A stretch of DNA of 46,863 nt, the filler included, from Dimargaris cristalligena (Eukaryota): the NCBI GenBank assembly GCA_003614675.1. It is 2 parts of 2 records of this genome, joined end to end, with 100 filler letters (N's around TTAATTAATTAA, not from the genome) between each part and the next. Parts side by side here need not be neighbours in the genome. Positions count along the whole stretch, not along the records: positions 23,525 to 46,863 come from ML002611.1; 1 more part is not named here. The stretch is one strand, 5' to 3'. Below are positions 34,998 to 46,863 of the stretch, in pieces (the stretch's first letter is position 1; every line of letters starts with the position of its first letter). Below the pieces are notes generated by a model. That model had not been told where the DNA came from. It saw only the letters and a program-made list of their open reading frames with translations, and ran no database searches. Made by a program: the position numbers and the translations under genes.

Positions 34998-36749
34998 CCA
35001 AGCCAAGCTTTATAGGTTTTTCCGGTTCTGGATAAGTACAAAGTTTCATGTCTTCCTTTACAATTACGCCCGACTGTCTGGTATCCAAGCCGTAACGACG
35101 CACTTCCGCTACATGGCGATGGTGATTTTAACTACACTGTCTAATCACCAGTCTTCATTGGGGCGAATGGGGTTAAATTGTATCGCTTTTATGAGCTTGG
35201 TAAAACTGTACGCCATTATCCTTTAAAGCACAGTGAGACGCTTTCCTTGGTGCCACTAAACAACACTATCCAACAGGAGCCGCTCTCGATCATTTGGTAT
35301 TTGTCCATAATATCATTTCCAAACTATGGAATATGCGAGGGAATGGGGGGAGACGAGGTACTAGTACAGCAAGATGGGAAAGAACGGGAGGTTGCCAAGC
35401 GAACAAAAAATATCTATGGTGTAACCATAAGTATAGGTCACCGCCTCTTCTGGATGTTCTGGAAATATTGCCAACCCCCTCTTCTCCACTCTAGTCAATT
35501 GAGTCAAGTCAACTGACTTACAAGTTCGGCAATGTAGCTGCCAATGCACTGACTAGGTCCGTTAATGTACCTTCTTTGGTATGTTATCACTCCCCCCCTA
35601 TCAGTGACTCGCCTGCTTTACTTTTATAAATCGATTGAAAAACTCTACCTCAAGTATAGGTGTATACCTAGGCCTACCACGCTTGTTTTAGTGCGGGACC
35701 GTGTCTATTCGCTCAACAGACACGAATAATTTATAGCTACACATTTACATACTCGCACACTCGCCTACATATTTTACCCGAGCTTATAACCAAGCAAGGG
35801 TCCCCCCTTGCTTGGCCACTTCCATTCACACCTCCCAATATCGAAAAATATTGCATCAAATTTGGCATCCCTCCAGCCATAAGCACGGGCTGGTTACGCA
35901 AATGAAGTCTACTACGTACTTATCGATGAGCTCAGCGGAAATACGTTAAGCATTCGAGTCAAAGATGACCGATGCTGCTTCGGGGATAGATGGAGTTTCA
36001 CCAAATTACCTGTGACTCAGGTGACTAGTCTTTGTGCAAGCCCAGATAACAATGGCCGCCTCCAAGTAAAACACCCTTTCATCCCCCCCACTCCACTCTA
36101 CTTTACTTTAACTGCAATTATACAGTCACGGTATACGTAGGTACACTACTTACACGTCAGCCCCCCCTTTCATGTTAGCCCCGTTAGAAGGTTCTCTTGG
36201 ATAAGAACAGCCATTTATTGAGTGATCCGATTTGGCACTTTCGGGACATCTATAGCTCAATGGAGCGGTTGGAAGTATATATTGTGAAAAGGCCGAACAG
36301 GCTCCACTGGGGTATCATGGAATCCTGCAACAACTAGGATCAATTGCATAGAGGTCGAATGGCTAGGGCAGAGTAAAATCCGACTTAACTGACAAACTAG
36401 GGTATCGACACACCAAGTGGTCGTTGGGATGGACTGACGTGTGGGTGGCTGTCGGCCTCATCAGCCCACCACCTGGAGTATGACCTGGCTAGTTGTCGGA
36501 GGTGAGGCTTGGTTCCCTGCAGAGACAAATATACTTATTTGGTTCCATAGTCATCGACTTTCTCTGCGTACCCATCATTTTTGGAAAACTATGTTCCCTC
36601 GCTTGGTTTGTCAGTCTCTCCCTCTCCCCCCCCCCCCGCAACATATAAACATCCGTACATGAGACCTGTCGATTTAGCCCCCCCCCCCGAATGAATATAA
36701 TGGTTGGGTTAAGTCGGTATCCCCTACCTTTAAAGTCATATTATGGTGA

Positions 36750-39700
36750 TTATTCTTGGGACTTGTCAACGCCAAAAAATGTGTTCCATTTTCCGCATAG
36801 GCAGTGTACGACATGGTTCTGTTTTTTTGGAAGCACCACTGCTGTGAAACGCCCCACCGCGGTGTTCCCTTCCTCGAAATGCGCTTTCTTGGGGGGTTTT
36901 AGGTAAGCGGCAGCGACGACACCGCACTGGCCGTACTTGTCTGGTCCGGAGTTGGTATCAAATAATTAGGCGATAATGGCGAGTGAATTGGCAGTGCATT
37001 GGGAAAAGAGGGGATGAGTGAATACCTAAAATATGATTGTGATTGTGATTGTAAATAGCCAAGGGGACATTGCTCTACTGAATAATAAATCTCAAGGCGG
37101 ATATACAGGGTTTGGAAACAAGTATAATAAAGTGCATCCAGTAATGGGGCAGGCCAGTGTATGAGTGTGCCTGTGACTTACCCCAACCGGCAACATATGG
37201 CTGACCATCGGCTACAAAGCAATGCCAGTACAAAATGGTGGACATCGGGACCCATGGATGATGAAAAAAGCCCCCCATAATCATTGATTACCAGGCAGCA
37301 TAGTAGAACAAGTGCGAAATTAGCATTAGAGGCACCGTTCTGTTACATGGTCGGACAATAGGCTTGATAAGCGCTGCAGTCCTGACAACCCCGCTGAAGG
37401 GGGTAATTACTGCAACTCAGGTATGGCTTACAGTCCCTGTGCCTCTATCAACGAGCCAGTATAGCCGTCGGAAGTTCGCGGGACCCCAGTCTGCGGGCCT
37501 GGTCCCCTGCCTGTTTAAGTTTCCCACATTCCTAGGCGTCCGAATCCTCATTAGGCGGCGAATTCCCCCACTTTTTATAGACTACTAAATTATTAAAACA
37601 CAGCCCTTGTTCTTTGGGGGTTTACCATGGGTAGGAATACGGTATTTACCTGAGACGACCACAGTGTGTGCTTCACCACAAGCAACCGTGACCAGATGGG
37701 GCTCCACCTCACCAGTAAATTCCGCCAGCTGGGGAAGAGAGGTGCGATTACCCGAATCTCCTAAGCGGCCCAGCTGGCCTTTATCGCTTCGTCCGAATGT
37801 GTACACATCACCCGGCTCTAATAAATTGCAGGCAAAATGTATAAGGGGAGAACCACAAGGAAGCGTGAGTAAAACGACTCAGCAGCATCAGCCGCAAGGC
37901 GTACGGCCTGGGACTGGAATCGCCTGACAGCAGTTTAAAGTACGCTTCCGAAAAAACCACAATATAACCAAGGAGGGGGGGGGCTGATAGGAGGTGTGGC
38001 CTGGACTAGACTGGGTAAATTCAGCGGAACCCCATCCCGATGGGATCGATAAGATCACAGGAATTCGGGAGAGGGGGACAATAAAACGACCCCTTTCATG
38101 TAACCGCAGGTGATGCGAGGCCACACTCATCTCCGAGGTTTCGGGATGTGTCAGCGGGTTGAGAATAAACGGCATATGTTCTGTAAATGCCTGGCCAATC
38201 TTCTCATGAACCGGACTGCCCTAATATTATGGTAGGATCTTCCGCCAACTCCCTATTTTTAGTCAAACGTTGTCAGACGCCAACCAATGCGGGCCTACCA
38301 GAAAGAAAAAAATACAGCCCAAGACAAATGTATGTACATTTACTTACCAGATACCAAAGCAGAGTGCCAAGCACCGCAGGCAATATGCGATATCGGGATA
38401 CCCTGGACGGCCTCAATAATGGTGGGTATAGGGACAGGGCTCAGACTGTCATGACCCAGTTGGCCAAAGCTGAGCCGTGGGAGGCAAACAATAACTCAGA
38501 ATCAATGGTTATTAGTGGATAGTGTGTGCAGTGGACTGGGCAGGTACGCCATTAAATAAGTCATGGTGACCCGTATAGGTCAGTTGGTGGAGTAGAGAAG
38601 AGAAGAGATACTAACTTATGAAACACGGCCAATCTATAAAAAAAATGAGAACATCAGAGATGTAGAGGCCACGTAAAAATACATAGACCCTCGCTCCAAA
38701 CCGCTGTGGTAAACTTACCGGGACTGACCCCAACTATACACATCGCCAGCATCGGTCAGTGCCAGAAAATGGTGCCAACCAGCCGCCAGCTGAGTAAATC
38801 GGGGTGGACTCATAATGTTGGGTACCAGGAGATCTCGCGCAGTTTTTTCTATAGGACTCCAGGTGGCAATTCCTCCCGAATCTAATAATAAGGGGCGTGG
38901 TGTGTGTGTGTGTGTGTTATCTCCAATAGTAGGGTTAGGTTATATATCCTATACCCCATGTATTGTAGTATTGATGGAGGAAGCGCCCCATCAAAACCAA
39001 TGCTGCTGAAGTAATCGATAAGATCCCAGGAATCGCACCCATACAAGTGTATAAAATAAACCCAGGCTTGCCTTGCCGAATGACAAAGATTTCACCAGAG
39101 TAAGTCTGGGCCATGTCAATAATTCCCCGCTCGATATGCTCAATCGTTAAAGCGAGGACTTGGTGTAAACAGTGATCGGTAGTTAAAGCGTACAGACGTC
39201 CGTCAGCATTAAACACCTTGCGAATAAGGTCACTCTGAATGTGTGCCAGCCCTTCCACTGGCTTGGGGAATTGGAGGGGTTGGCCGGTTGATTCATCCCA
39301 GCCCCACTGGACCATTGATAAGCTCGAGTTTCCATTCCCTTTGGAGTCGTAGTAGATACAGTAGTAGAATACACACACACAGATTTATAGTAGGATGCAT
39401 TAGTTAAACTTTTTTTAAAAATCCCTTAATAATATCAAACATGCCGGACTGAAACTCGGGATATACTAATTGGACCCCGTTTGGTCTCGCATAGTGTAAT
39501 CCAGCCGCTTAATATCACTACCGGACTACTCTATATGGTGACGATAGTCAACCTACTCTGTAATCCCCAAGTGACATTCCAATCGGCCCCGACGATTCTT
39601 TGAATGTTAGGAAGTGGCCTCGGGGTCTGGACTATGGTGTCTATGTTCGTCACCAAATCTACTACAGCCGGGGTTGATTCCAGCGACTCTACCGATTGCT

Positions 39701-39794
39701 GTGAGGGGAAAAGTGTTTGTCCAAATAGATTATGGCCGAGACCCAGAACATTCGTTCGAAGGGAATGTGTCCCTGATTTGTTGAATGAGGTCAT
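36750..39794 (-). CDS. RCCD1: RCC1-repeat protein, RCCD1-like, 7 exons
   Basis: Exons 39557-39794, 39072-39338, 38719-38881, 38348-38469, 37650-37817, 37182-37211, 36750-36940. RCC1 repeats (QLAAGWHHFLALTDAGDVYSWGQSRFGQLG; IACGAWHSALVS.PGDVYTFG.SDKGQLG; VACGEAHTVVVS.DGQPYVAGWDKYGQCG). N-terminal GLGHNLFGQ and C-terminal CGKWNT recall RCCD1; the orthology call is tentative. Confidence 0.7.
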
Positions 39795-40052
39795 GTCGAC
39801 TATAGTTCGGGAAGTGTAGAGACGAAATCGACTTTGACTTTTCTTTTGTAAAACAGACAAGCTAGAGAACGATAAGGTGGTGTGGGCTGGGGGCTCAAAA
39901 GGAAGTCCGGAGACCCGCGACAGAACCTGGTTCTTTACACTAAATTTGGATTTGCTTCACTATACATTGGTTTTGGGCGCTCGGTTTGTGACCTGAGTCA
40001 GGAGCGTATACACCCTTCCTTGTCCGCCCCTATTTACGTGATGTGTTTATTG

Positions 40053-40196
40053 ATGTGGGTGAAGTTCAGCTTGGTTGTATAAGGGTTTAACCGATATGTG
40101 CATGGGAAAATCGGTGGGATGTTTATTTTCAACCAGTAGTATTTGCCTCATCAAATGGATCTTTCGTTATACAGCCTCGCTGAACTACTCCCATGT
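40053..40196 (-). mobile_element. MITE-like element, copy D
   Basis: ATGTGGGTGAAGTTCAGCTTGGTTGTATAA ... TTATACAGCCTCGCTGAACTACTCCCATGT; interior CCTCATCAAATGGAT.TTTCGTTATACAGCCT shared with copy C. Confidence 0.75.
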
Positions 40197-41031
40197 GTAT
40201 AACGTACCTTATCGCCAGATCAAGTATGGGTTCACTCTGGTTATTGCCAATTCTGCGTCCATTCTAACTCTGGACCAGCTTATGCAGGAGTAGCAACCCC
40301 AGCTACTCCTTTTTATTTATGATTTCCTGCGCTGCGACGACTTGTAACTGGATAGCACGCATCCACCCTTTCTTTGGTCTTGGTCTCCGGCACTGCGTGT
40401 TTCGTATTAACCCCTATTCCTACCGCCGTCGTATAAATACTTTCAGCCTACCACTGTAGGAATAATCGGCCGATTTCACCCTTTATATTACTTAATCATG
40501 TATTGAACATTATTGTTTTATCCCTAGTTCCCAACAGCCACCATCCCTTTGCTATCATCCATTTTACCAGTATCGCTCGGTGACTGGAAACCACCACACC
40601 CTCCCTGTTCCGCCTTCCCGCTCCCCTCTATTTTACACTGCCCCCCGACATCCATAGTAGATATATACTCGACAGCCAACTAGGGTAGGTGGTGTTCGGC
40701 TACCACTTCTTTCTACTTGTGTCGGTAGACGACTTTCAAACACTGTGCAGAGTGAACTCACCTCACTTGGGCTCGCACATTCAAACCTTTTCCCTGATTC
40801 ACCAGGTATACTATTTTTATTTGGCCAAGATTGGCCTGTGTTTGTCATCATACTGAATCCTGGGGTATATAATAGCAACCGTCTCCGCCCTTGGCAGGCC
40901 GGTCTCCAAAAATACGCTTTAGTTATTCGAACATTGCTCCAAGCCCTACTGAATACTACCCCCACTTAATTTTTAACCAACGATACTAACCCTAGTATCC
41001 TCGTTACAGCCGCCGCTGCCTACCCTTTAGT

Positions 41032-42078
41032 ATGTCTCTAAGCCCCACCATCGAACTCTCTTCGGGGGCCCATATGCCGGCCGTGGGGTTCGGTACTGGT
41101 CATATAAGCCGCGCAGACATCACCGAAGTCATACAAGCGGCCGTTCGCTTAGGTTATCGTCATATTGATGGCGCTCTCAGCTACGGCGGTGAAGATCTCA
41201 TCGGAGCTGCGCTGGCCCAGCCGGGCGGGCCGCCCCGCTCGGAATTATGGCTCACTTCGAAATTAATGCAGACCCAATATCGGTCCGATGAACAAGTAGC
41301 CGCTTGCTGTCAGAAATCCCTGCAGAACCTACAGACGGACTACCTGGACCTGTACCTAATGCATTGGCCCGTCGTTCTCCAATCGGACCCGAAGGACCCG
41401 ACGGGCCACACGCCCTATCGCCATCCGAGTACGGGGTATTTCGCAGCCGATCACCAGTCGGGGGTGGATTTGGTCGATACGTGGCGGAGTATGGAGGAAT
41501 TGGTCATGGCCGGAAAGGTTCGCCACATTGGGGTGTCCAACTTCAATATTCGGCAACTAAAGGCTATTTTAGCGGTGGCTCGCATTCGTCCGGCGGTGAA
41601 CCAGGTGGAGGTCCACCCCTACTGTCCTAACAAATGGTTAGTGGAATTTTGCCGAGACCAGCGGATCCATGTGACGGCCTACAGTCCCCTGGGTGCGCAC
41701 GGGCAGCCCCGCGTCCTGGACAATCCTACCCTGAGCGAGGTGGCCCGCCAACGGAACCAAGAGAGGAGTAGGCGGGGGGAGGATATACTGGAGGTTGAGG
41801 TGTCGGCGGACATCACCCCCGCCCAGGTGGTCTTAACCTGGGCTCGCCAGCGTGGCTTGTCGGTGATACCCAAAGCTAGTTCTCCCTCTCGGATGGTCGA
41901 GAATCTTAACACGTCGCGCAAATTGACGCCCGACCAGATGGACCAAATCAACGCCATACCCACCCGGATGCGCGTGTACGACTACCACGAAGAGTGGGGG
42001 TTGGCCCCGGGGACTCTTTTTGGTGATTCTGATGTGGATGAGTCCGCGGATGACCCGTCACATAATGATAATCATTAA
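41032..42078 (+). CDS. Aldo-keto reductase (AKR1/GCY1-like NADPH oxidoreductase)
   Basis: MPAVGFGT, GYRHIDGALSY (catalytic D, Y), LTSKL (K), YLDLYLMHWP (H), IGVSNF, NQVEVHP, AYSPLG, VIPK..RMVEN; single exon. Confidence 0.95.
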   Translation: MSLSPTIELSSGAHMPAVGFGTGHISRADITEVIQAAVRLGYRHIDGALSYGGEDLIGAALAQPGGPPRSELWLTSKLMQTQYRSDEQVAACCQKSLQNLQTDYLDLYLMHWPVVLQSDPKDPTGHTPYRHPSTGYFAADHQSGVDLVDTWRSMEELVMAGKVRHIGVSNFNIRQLKAILAVARIRPAVNQVEVHPYCPNKWLVEFCRDQRIHVTAYSPLGAHGQPRVLDNPTLSEVARQRNQERSRRGEDILEVEVSADITPAQVVLTWARQRGLSVIPKASSPSRMVENLNTSRKLTPDQMDQINAIPTRMRVYDYHEEWGLAPGTLFGDSDVDESADDPSHNDNH

Positions 42079-43709
42079 AGTATGTGCCTCAGAACCTCTC
42101 AGGTTCTATCCAGTCGGTTTATGTTGGTCGATTCTACTTGTATTGAGTACCAGGTGTATACTTTCAGTCGACTGGCCTGTTTCTTCCGCCGTTTCTCGAA
42201 TGTATCAGCAGATCAACCATCTGACTATCCAAAACCATAATAAAGGAAACCCCATCAAGAAGGGGGACTACCTTACACGGTGAATCAATAGTAGGTTGCT
42301 ATTGTACACTCTATTCTAATGTTCAATTCTATTCACCTAGGTTGGTAATACCAACTTAAGGCATTACAGTAGCTCTAGGGTATGGCCCAAGTCCCGACGA
42401 ACTCCTGGGGGCAACGGAGTCCCCCAAAGGGACAGGGGCTCACTCTCAAATAGCCAAAAACCCGGCCAGCTCGGAGCATGAAAATAGCGCGGCAATTCAA
42501 AATTACACTGATGGAATTAAGGGAATGTTGCCCCAGACAGGGCAAACCTATCCCGAAATATTGTATATTGCAGGGAGTGATTTTGATTATAATTTGTAGA
42601 CTGCCTTGCACCCTCCTATGACAATGTCCATTCTTCTCTTCCCTACGAGAGTCATTGGAATCAAGGGTTTCTGTCCCAGGGCAAGCCTATGACCAAGAAA
42701 CTTAAGTTGAAAATGTGCTGTTTGTAATGATACTGTATTATGTTGATTAAACCCATCAAAATATACCCTCAAAATGTATTTTTTATTGACTAGTTTATGT
42801 TCATAAGAATAGCAGTGTCAGCTTTTATTATTTATTTTGTTAGCCGTATCTGAGGTTGGGGAAGTCCTAAATATTTAAGACTCATTTCCGATATTAAACA
42901 TACATTTTCCAATGGGATTTAAGGGTCAGTAATGTAAGCCCTCAAACTAAAAATATGTTTAGCCAAGTCTAGGTAGGCATTTGCCAATACGGTATTTTTC
43001 TTACCCCACTGGGGTGAATCAGGGGGGGAAGCGTTTCCTGGTACTGCAGGGCCTTTTGACACCAAAACTTACAGGGCTGATAAAGAGGGGCGACTGTGGA
43101 GAGCCCCTTAGCTAAGACAAAACTGCGATGGCCTTACCTGATGGGTACTGTTACTGTCAAATTGGGTATTTCGACTGTTCCTGCTCATATTTTTTTTAAA
43201 AAATTCCTTAAACTTGTTTAGTAAACTCTAACAATCCCTTCCATTCCCCATTACGGTAGGAAATTGGCAAACACTGATAAGACAATGTAATTCCCCTATA
43301 AATAAAATTCTGATCATTTCAATGCAAATATATTATGAAGTGACTCTGCTCACCCGCATTTTAATTTCTGCTCCTCCTCAATAAACCAGCTGTAGGTAGG
43401 TCTTACGTCATTCAACTTTCTTTGCGATTTAGCACCGCCGATTGGTGGTAATCCTGCTCCGTCTGTATTGGCTATTGTAACAACCACCCACTAGAGGGAA
43501 ACTAATGGTCCCTTTCGTTGCTCATTCCTACTCTCTCTCTCTCTCTCTCTCTTTATTTCTATTATTGAGCTATTATTACTACCAAAGTGTTCTAATTCTC
43601 CCTGAACGTTTCATTACCTAAACTCAATTGTTTCACCCTTGTCTTCACTGGAGATCGCTTGCTTGAAACCACCAGGCGACACCCCCCTACCTCGCCATAT
43701 TATACTTAG

Positions 43710-44014
43710 GTTAGTAAGTCTACTTCACCTCGTGTTCTGTTGCCATTTGTATACTTCGCTCTCATTCCAAACTAGCCTATTTCTATTGCGCATGTCTTCG
43801 TCACCCTTATCCCTTTAACCACCACTCTTCCCCCCGTTCAAACCCCCTTACCTCGTTATTTCTGCTTGCCTCTCTTTGTATACCTACAAACTATAGTGAC
43901 AACGAGGGAATAAAAAAAACCTCACCCACGTTAGCTGTTACACCAGCCACACCTAGTTAGTTGCGCCATCCGACCCGCGCAGTGGCTCATTTAATTTTCC
44001 ATTTGTCATTTTAG
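43710..44014 (+). other. Probable 5'-UTR intron of the MATE gene
   Basis: ag|GTTAGT donor at 43710; pyrimidine-rich TTTTAG acceptor ending 6 nt before the ATG at 44021. Confidence 0.4.
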
Positions 44015-44020
44015 TCCATT

Positions 44021-45981
44021 ATGAGTCCAATATCATCCCTATGGAACTGGCTAAGTCCCAGTCGCTCATTATCCACCGCTGATCATGATGGCGACGCCGA
44101 CGCCCATACTCCCTTTCTGGCCCACCGCAGCGGGGGTCACCCCAATTACCGTTCATTACCCGAGTCGCCCGACGGGGACCGGAGTACTGCGGTCCCCAGC
44201 GAGGCCGCCTCAGTGGCCAGCGAGACCCAGACGGTTCCCCTCCAAGACGCCGTGCGTATAATCGGACGGCTCCGCCCCGAAAATACCCCCTTTCCGGTAT
44301 CCCGTCGCAATTCGTCCCTCACTTCCGCTACTTCCTTAGTTCCCTCTACCGCCGCGGGAGAAGATAGTGTTGGTGAAGCCATGTTGGCTATCCCCACCGA
44401 AATTAACTACCACCACGAGGTCAAGGTGTTGGCCAAACTGTCGTACCCCGTCGTGCTGGCGTATCTCTTGCAGTACTCGATCAATGTGGCCAGTGTCTTT
44501 TCGCTAGGTCACTTGGGCCCTAACGCCCTGGCGGCCTCGGCGCTGGCCACTATGTTCGCATCCGTAACGGGATGGGCCTTCGGAATCGGGCTCATCACGG
44601 CCTTGGATACCCTATGCAGCCAATCGTTTACGGGCGCCCGCGATATTCATGCAGTCGGCACGTATTTGCAACGCGGCATCGTGGCCATCACGATATGTCA
44701 CGTTCCGATCGTCATCTTTTGGTGGTATAGCGAGTCCATGCTGCTGGCCCTAAATCAGGACCCGGAGATCGCGCACTTGGCTGGGCTATATCTTCGGTAC
44801 CTTATCATCGGGTGCTTACCTAACCTGCTTTTCGAGTGTGTTAAGCGGTATCTCCAAGCCCAAGGTAAATTACGCTAGTCAGCTTATATTATGTTTTATA
44901 TTAATTCGCAACACTCGGCCCGGTATTATTAATTATTGGACGCTTAGAATTATCGGCAATCGTCTAGGCATGGGTAATGGTATAACCGATAACTAATATA
45001 TTTGCCTACTTTTCGGTTCAATTGTCCCCTTTTTCCCAATTGGTATTTTTTCTTTCCATCAATGTAGAGATCATGCACGCCAGCACCATCGTCCTCTGTA
45101 TCGTTAGCCCCATCAATATTTTAGCCAACTACGCCCTCGTTTGGTGGAAGCCCGTCGCGCTCGGTTTCATCGGCGCCCCCATTGCTACGAGCATCTGTTA
45201 CTGGCTCATGTTCATTCTCCTAGTCCTCTACACCACCTTCGTCGATGGCTACCAGGCCTGGGGTGGCTGGTCGCGCGCCTCGTTCCAAAATATTGACCAA
45301 TTTATGCAACTGGGTCTACCAGGGGTCGTAATGATCTGTGCCGAATGGTGGGCCTTCGAGCTAGTCGCCCTAGCGGCCTCGTACCTCGGTAACATTCCCC
45401 TCGCGGCCCAATCGGTCGTGTTCACCACTGTGACCCTCGCCTTCCAGATCCCCGAGGGCATTTCCGTGGCCTGTACCAACCGGGTCGGCAATTTATTAGG
45501 TGCGGCTCTGCCGGAAGCCGCACGGTCCGCCAGTATCGTGGCCGTGGTTTTTTCGGCCGGAGTGGGAATCCTCAATTCCCTCTTCTTCCTACTCGTGGGC
45601 AACTGGTGGGGCTGGTTGTTCACCGACGAGCCCGAGGTCGTGGTCCTGGTTTCGTCGCTCATGAAAATGGCGGCGCTGTTCCAGATTTTCGACTGTATTT
45701 CCACCGTCCTCGCCGGAATCCTGCGCGGCCAGGGCCGTCAGAAACTCGGCGCGCTGCTGAGTTTCCCCGCCCATTACATCATCGGTATCCCCCTGGGACT
45801 CTACTTGAGCTTCACCCGTGGTATGGGCATCATCGGGCTGTGGATTGGCTTGTGCGCTGGTATTACCACGATCTGTTTGTCCCAGTATTACTTTTATGCC
45901 CGGAGCGACTGGGTTCATGAGGTTGAAAAATGCCGTAAGCGCGTGGGTCTCGAAGGTGGCGATTATGACGAATACCCTTAA
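44021..45981 (+). CDS. Eukaryotic MATE family efflux transporter (ERC1-like), 2 exons
   Basis: Exon 1 44021-44864 (caag|gtaaat), exon 2 45068-45981. GHLGP.ALAASALA, GLITALDTLCSQSFTG, YLQRG, KRYLQAQ, EWWAFE, RVGNLLGA, QIFD..LAGILRGQGRQ, GLWIG. Confidence 0.95.
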
Positions 45982-46863
45982 ACGACTAATTAGATTAACC
46001 TTTAACCATTATTTCTTGGATTTAAGGGCATGTCTTTGACACTGTCTTGTGATCCGAAAGGCCACCTGGCTCAACATCCCTCGATGCCGGATAAAAAGGA
46101 TGTAGTTAGATCTGCATTGCCCATGATCCAACGTGTAAGGCACTAGATTTCTTCCGCACCCCCCCTTCCCACCCACATTCTTTTTACTCGCCTTTTCTTC
46201 TCCTCTCTTACCCTTTGCTTTGTATTTTTTATATATAATATTAACTTATATTATCCATTATTTTTATACAATTTTACAATGTACACGCGCTCCCACATCC
46301 AACTGGAAAAAGTCATATAGCATGGAAAATAAAATTACCTTTCTTACATTGGCTACTTACCCATTGAACTAATACTGCAATCTTCCTTATACTATATCTG
46401 CATTATCATGGAAGTGGGGTCTAGGAAGCGGCAATACACATATTGATAAAAAATGATTGAAGATACTATGCTGGGCTTAATAAATTCCGAAAGTGCCAAA
46501 ATTAAAAAAGTTATAGCACCAACTAGACCCAAGTGGTCACACACCTCAGTACTAAATTGGCTGATAACCACTTAACTTCGCAGATCTAATGGGATACAAT
46601 GCAAACAGTTACATATAGTACTAAATACTATCTTCAGGTGGCCCTTCTGCCAGAGGATAGCCTCCTTACACTCATCCAGCCGATCCTCCGAGAATCCTAC
46701 CTCTCTTCCACTCTCTGCCAATCCCCTCTCTTCCTCTCTATCCCCCCGTCCCTCTCTAATTCTGATATTAGGACTGCCATACTGAAGGCCCGCTGTAAAG
46801 AACTGAACTCAAATCCTTGAAAACTGAACTTTATTTGAAAAGATAGATAATAAAAGGGAAAGG

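Noticed and set aside
36243..36330. tRNA-like start GGGACATCTATAGCTCAATGGAGCG
   Set aside because: A-box-like sequence only; no GTTCRA T-loop or closing acceptor stem.
41032..45981. AKR plus MATE as a detoxification or secondary-metabolite cluster
   Set aside because: Both families are common, and no backbone enzyme or regulator is in view.

Overview
Eukaryotic, intron-containing genomic DNA, most consistent with an early-diverging fungus (a Zoopagomycota/Dimargaritales-like mycoparasite is an inference from gene content and style, not a database result). The window is two contigs joined by an artificial 100-bp linker (44 N + TTAATTAATTAA + 44 N, 23425-23524). Left contig: 5' end of an unknown minus-strand gene; a 25-exon MSH5; low-MW thioredoxin reductase with an upstream in-frame AUG encoding a mitochondrial-like presequence; a bacterial/plant-peroxisomal-type citrate synthase ending -SSL; MSP1/ATAD1 with a 9-nt microexon; and an Msb2/Hkr1-like signalling mucin whose N- and C-terminal halves lie on opposite strands (a ~2.1 kb inversion, real or amplification/assembly chimera). 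Right contig: a strongly CpG-depleted degenerate repeat; an orphan secreted protein with an F-box-like motif (candidate effector); a cAMP-receptor/Git3-like 7TM GPCR; an RCCD1-like RCC1-repeat gene; an aldo-keto reductase; and a MATE transporter. A ~145-175 bp MITE-like element with ~30-45 bp terminal inverted repeats occurs four times. Exon structures were derived by hand from GT-AG signals and reading-frame continuity.
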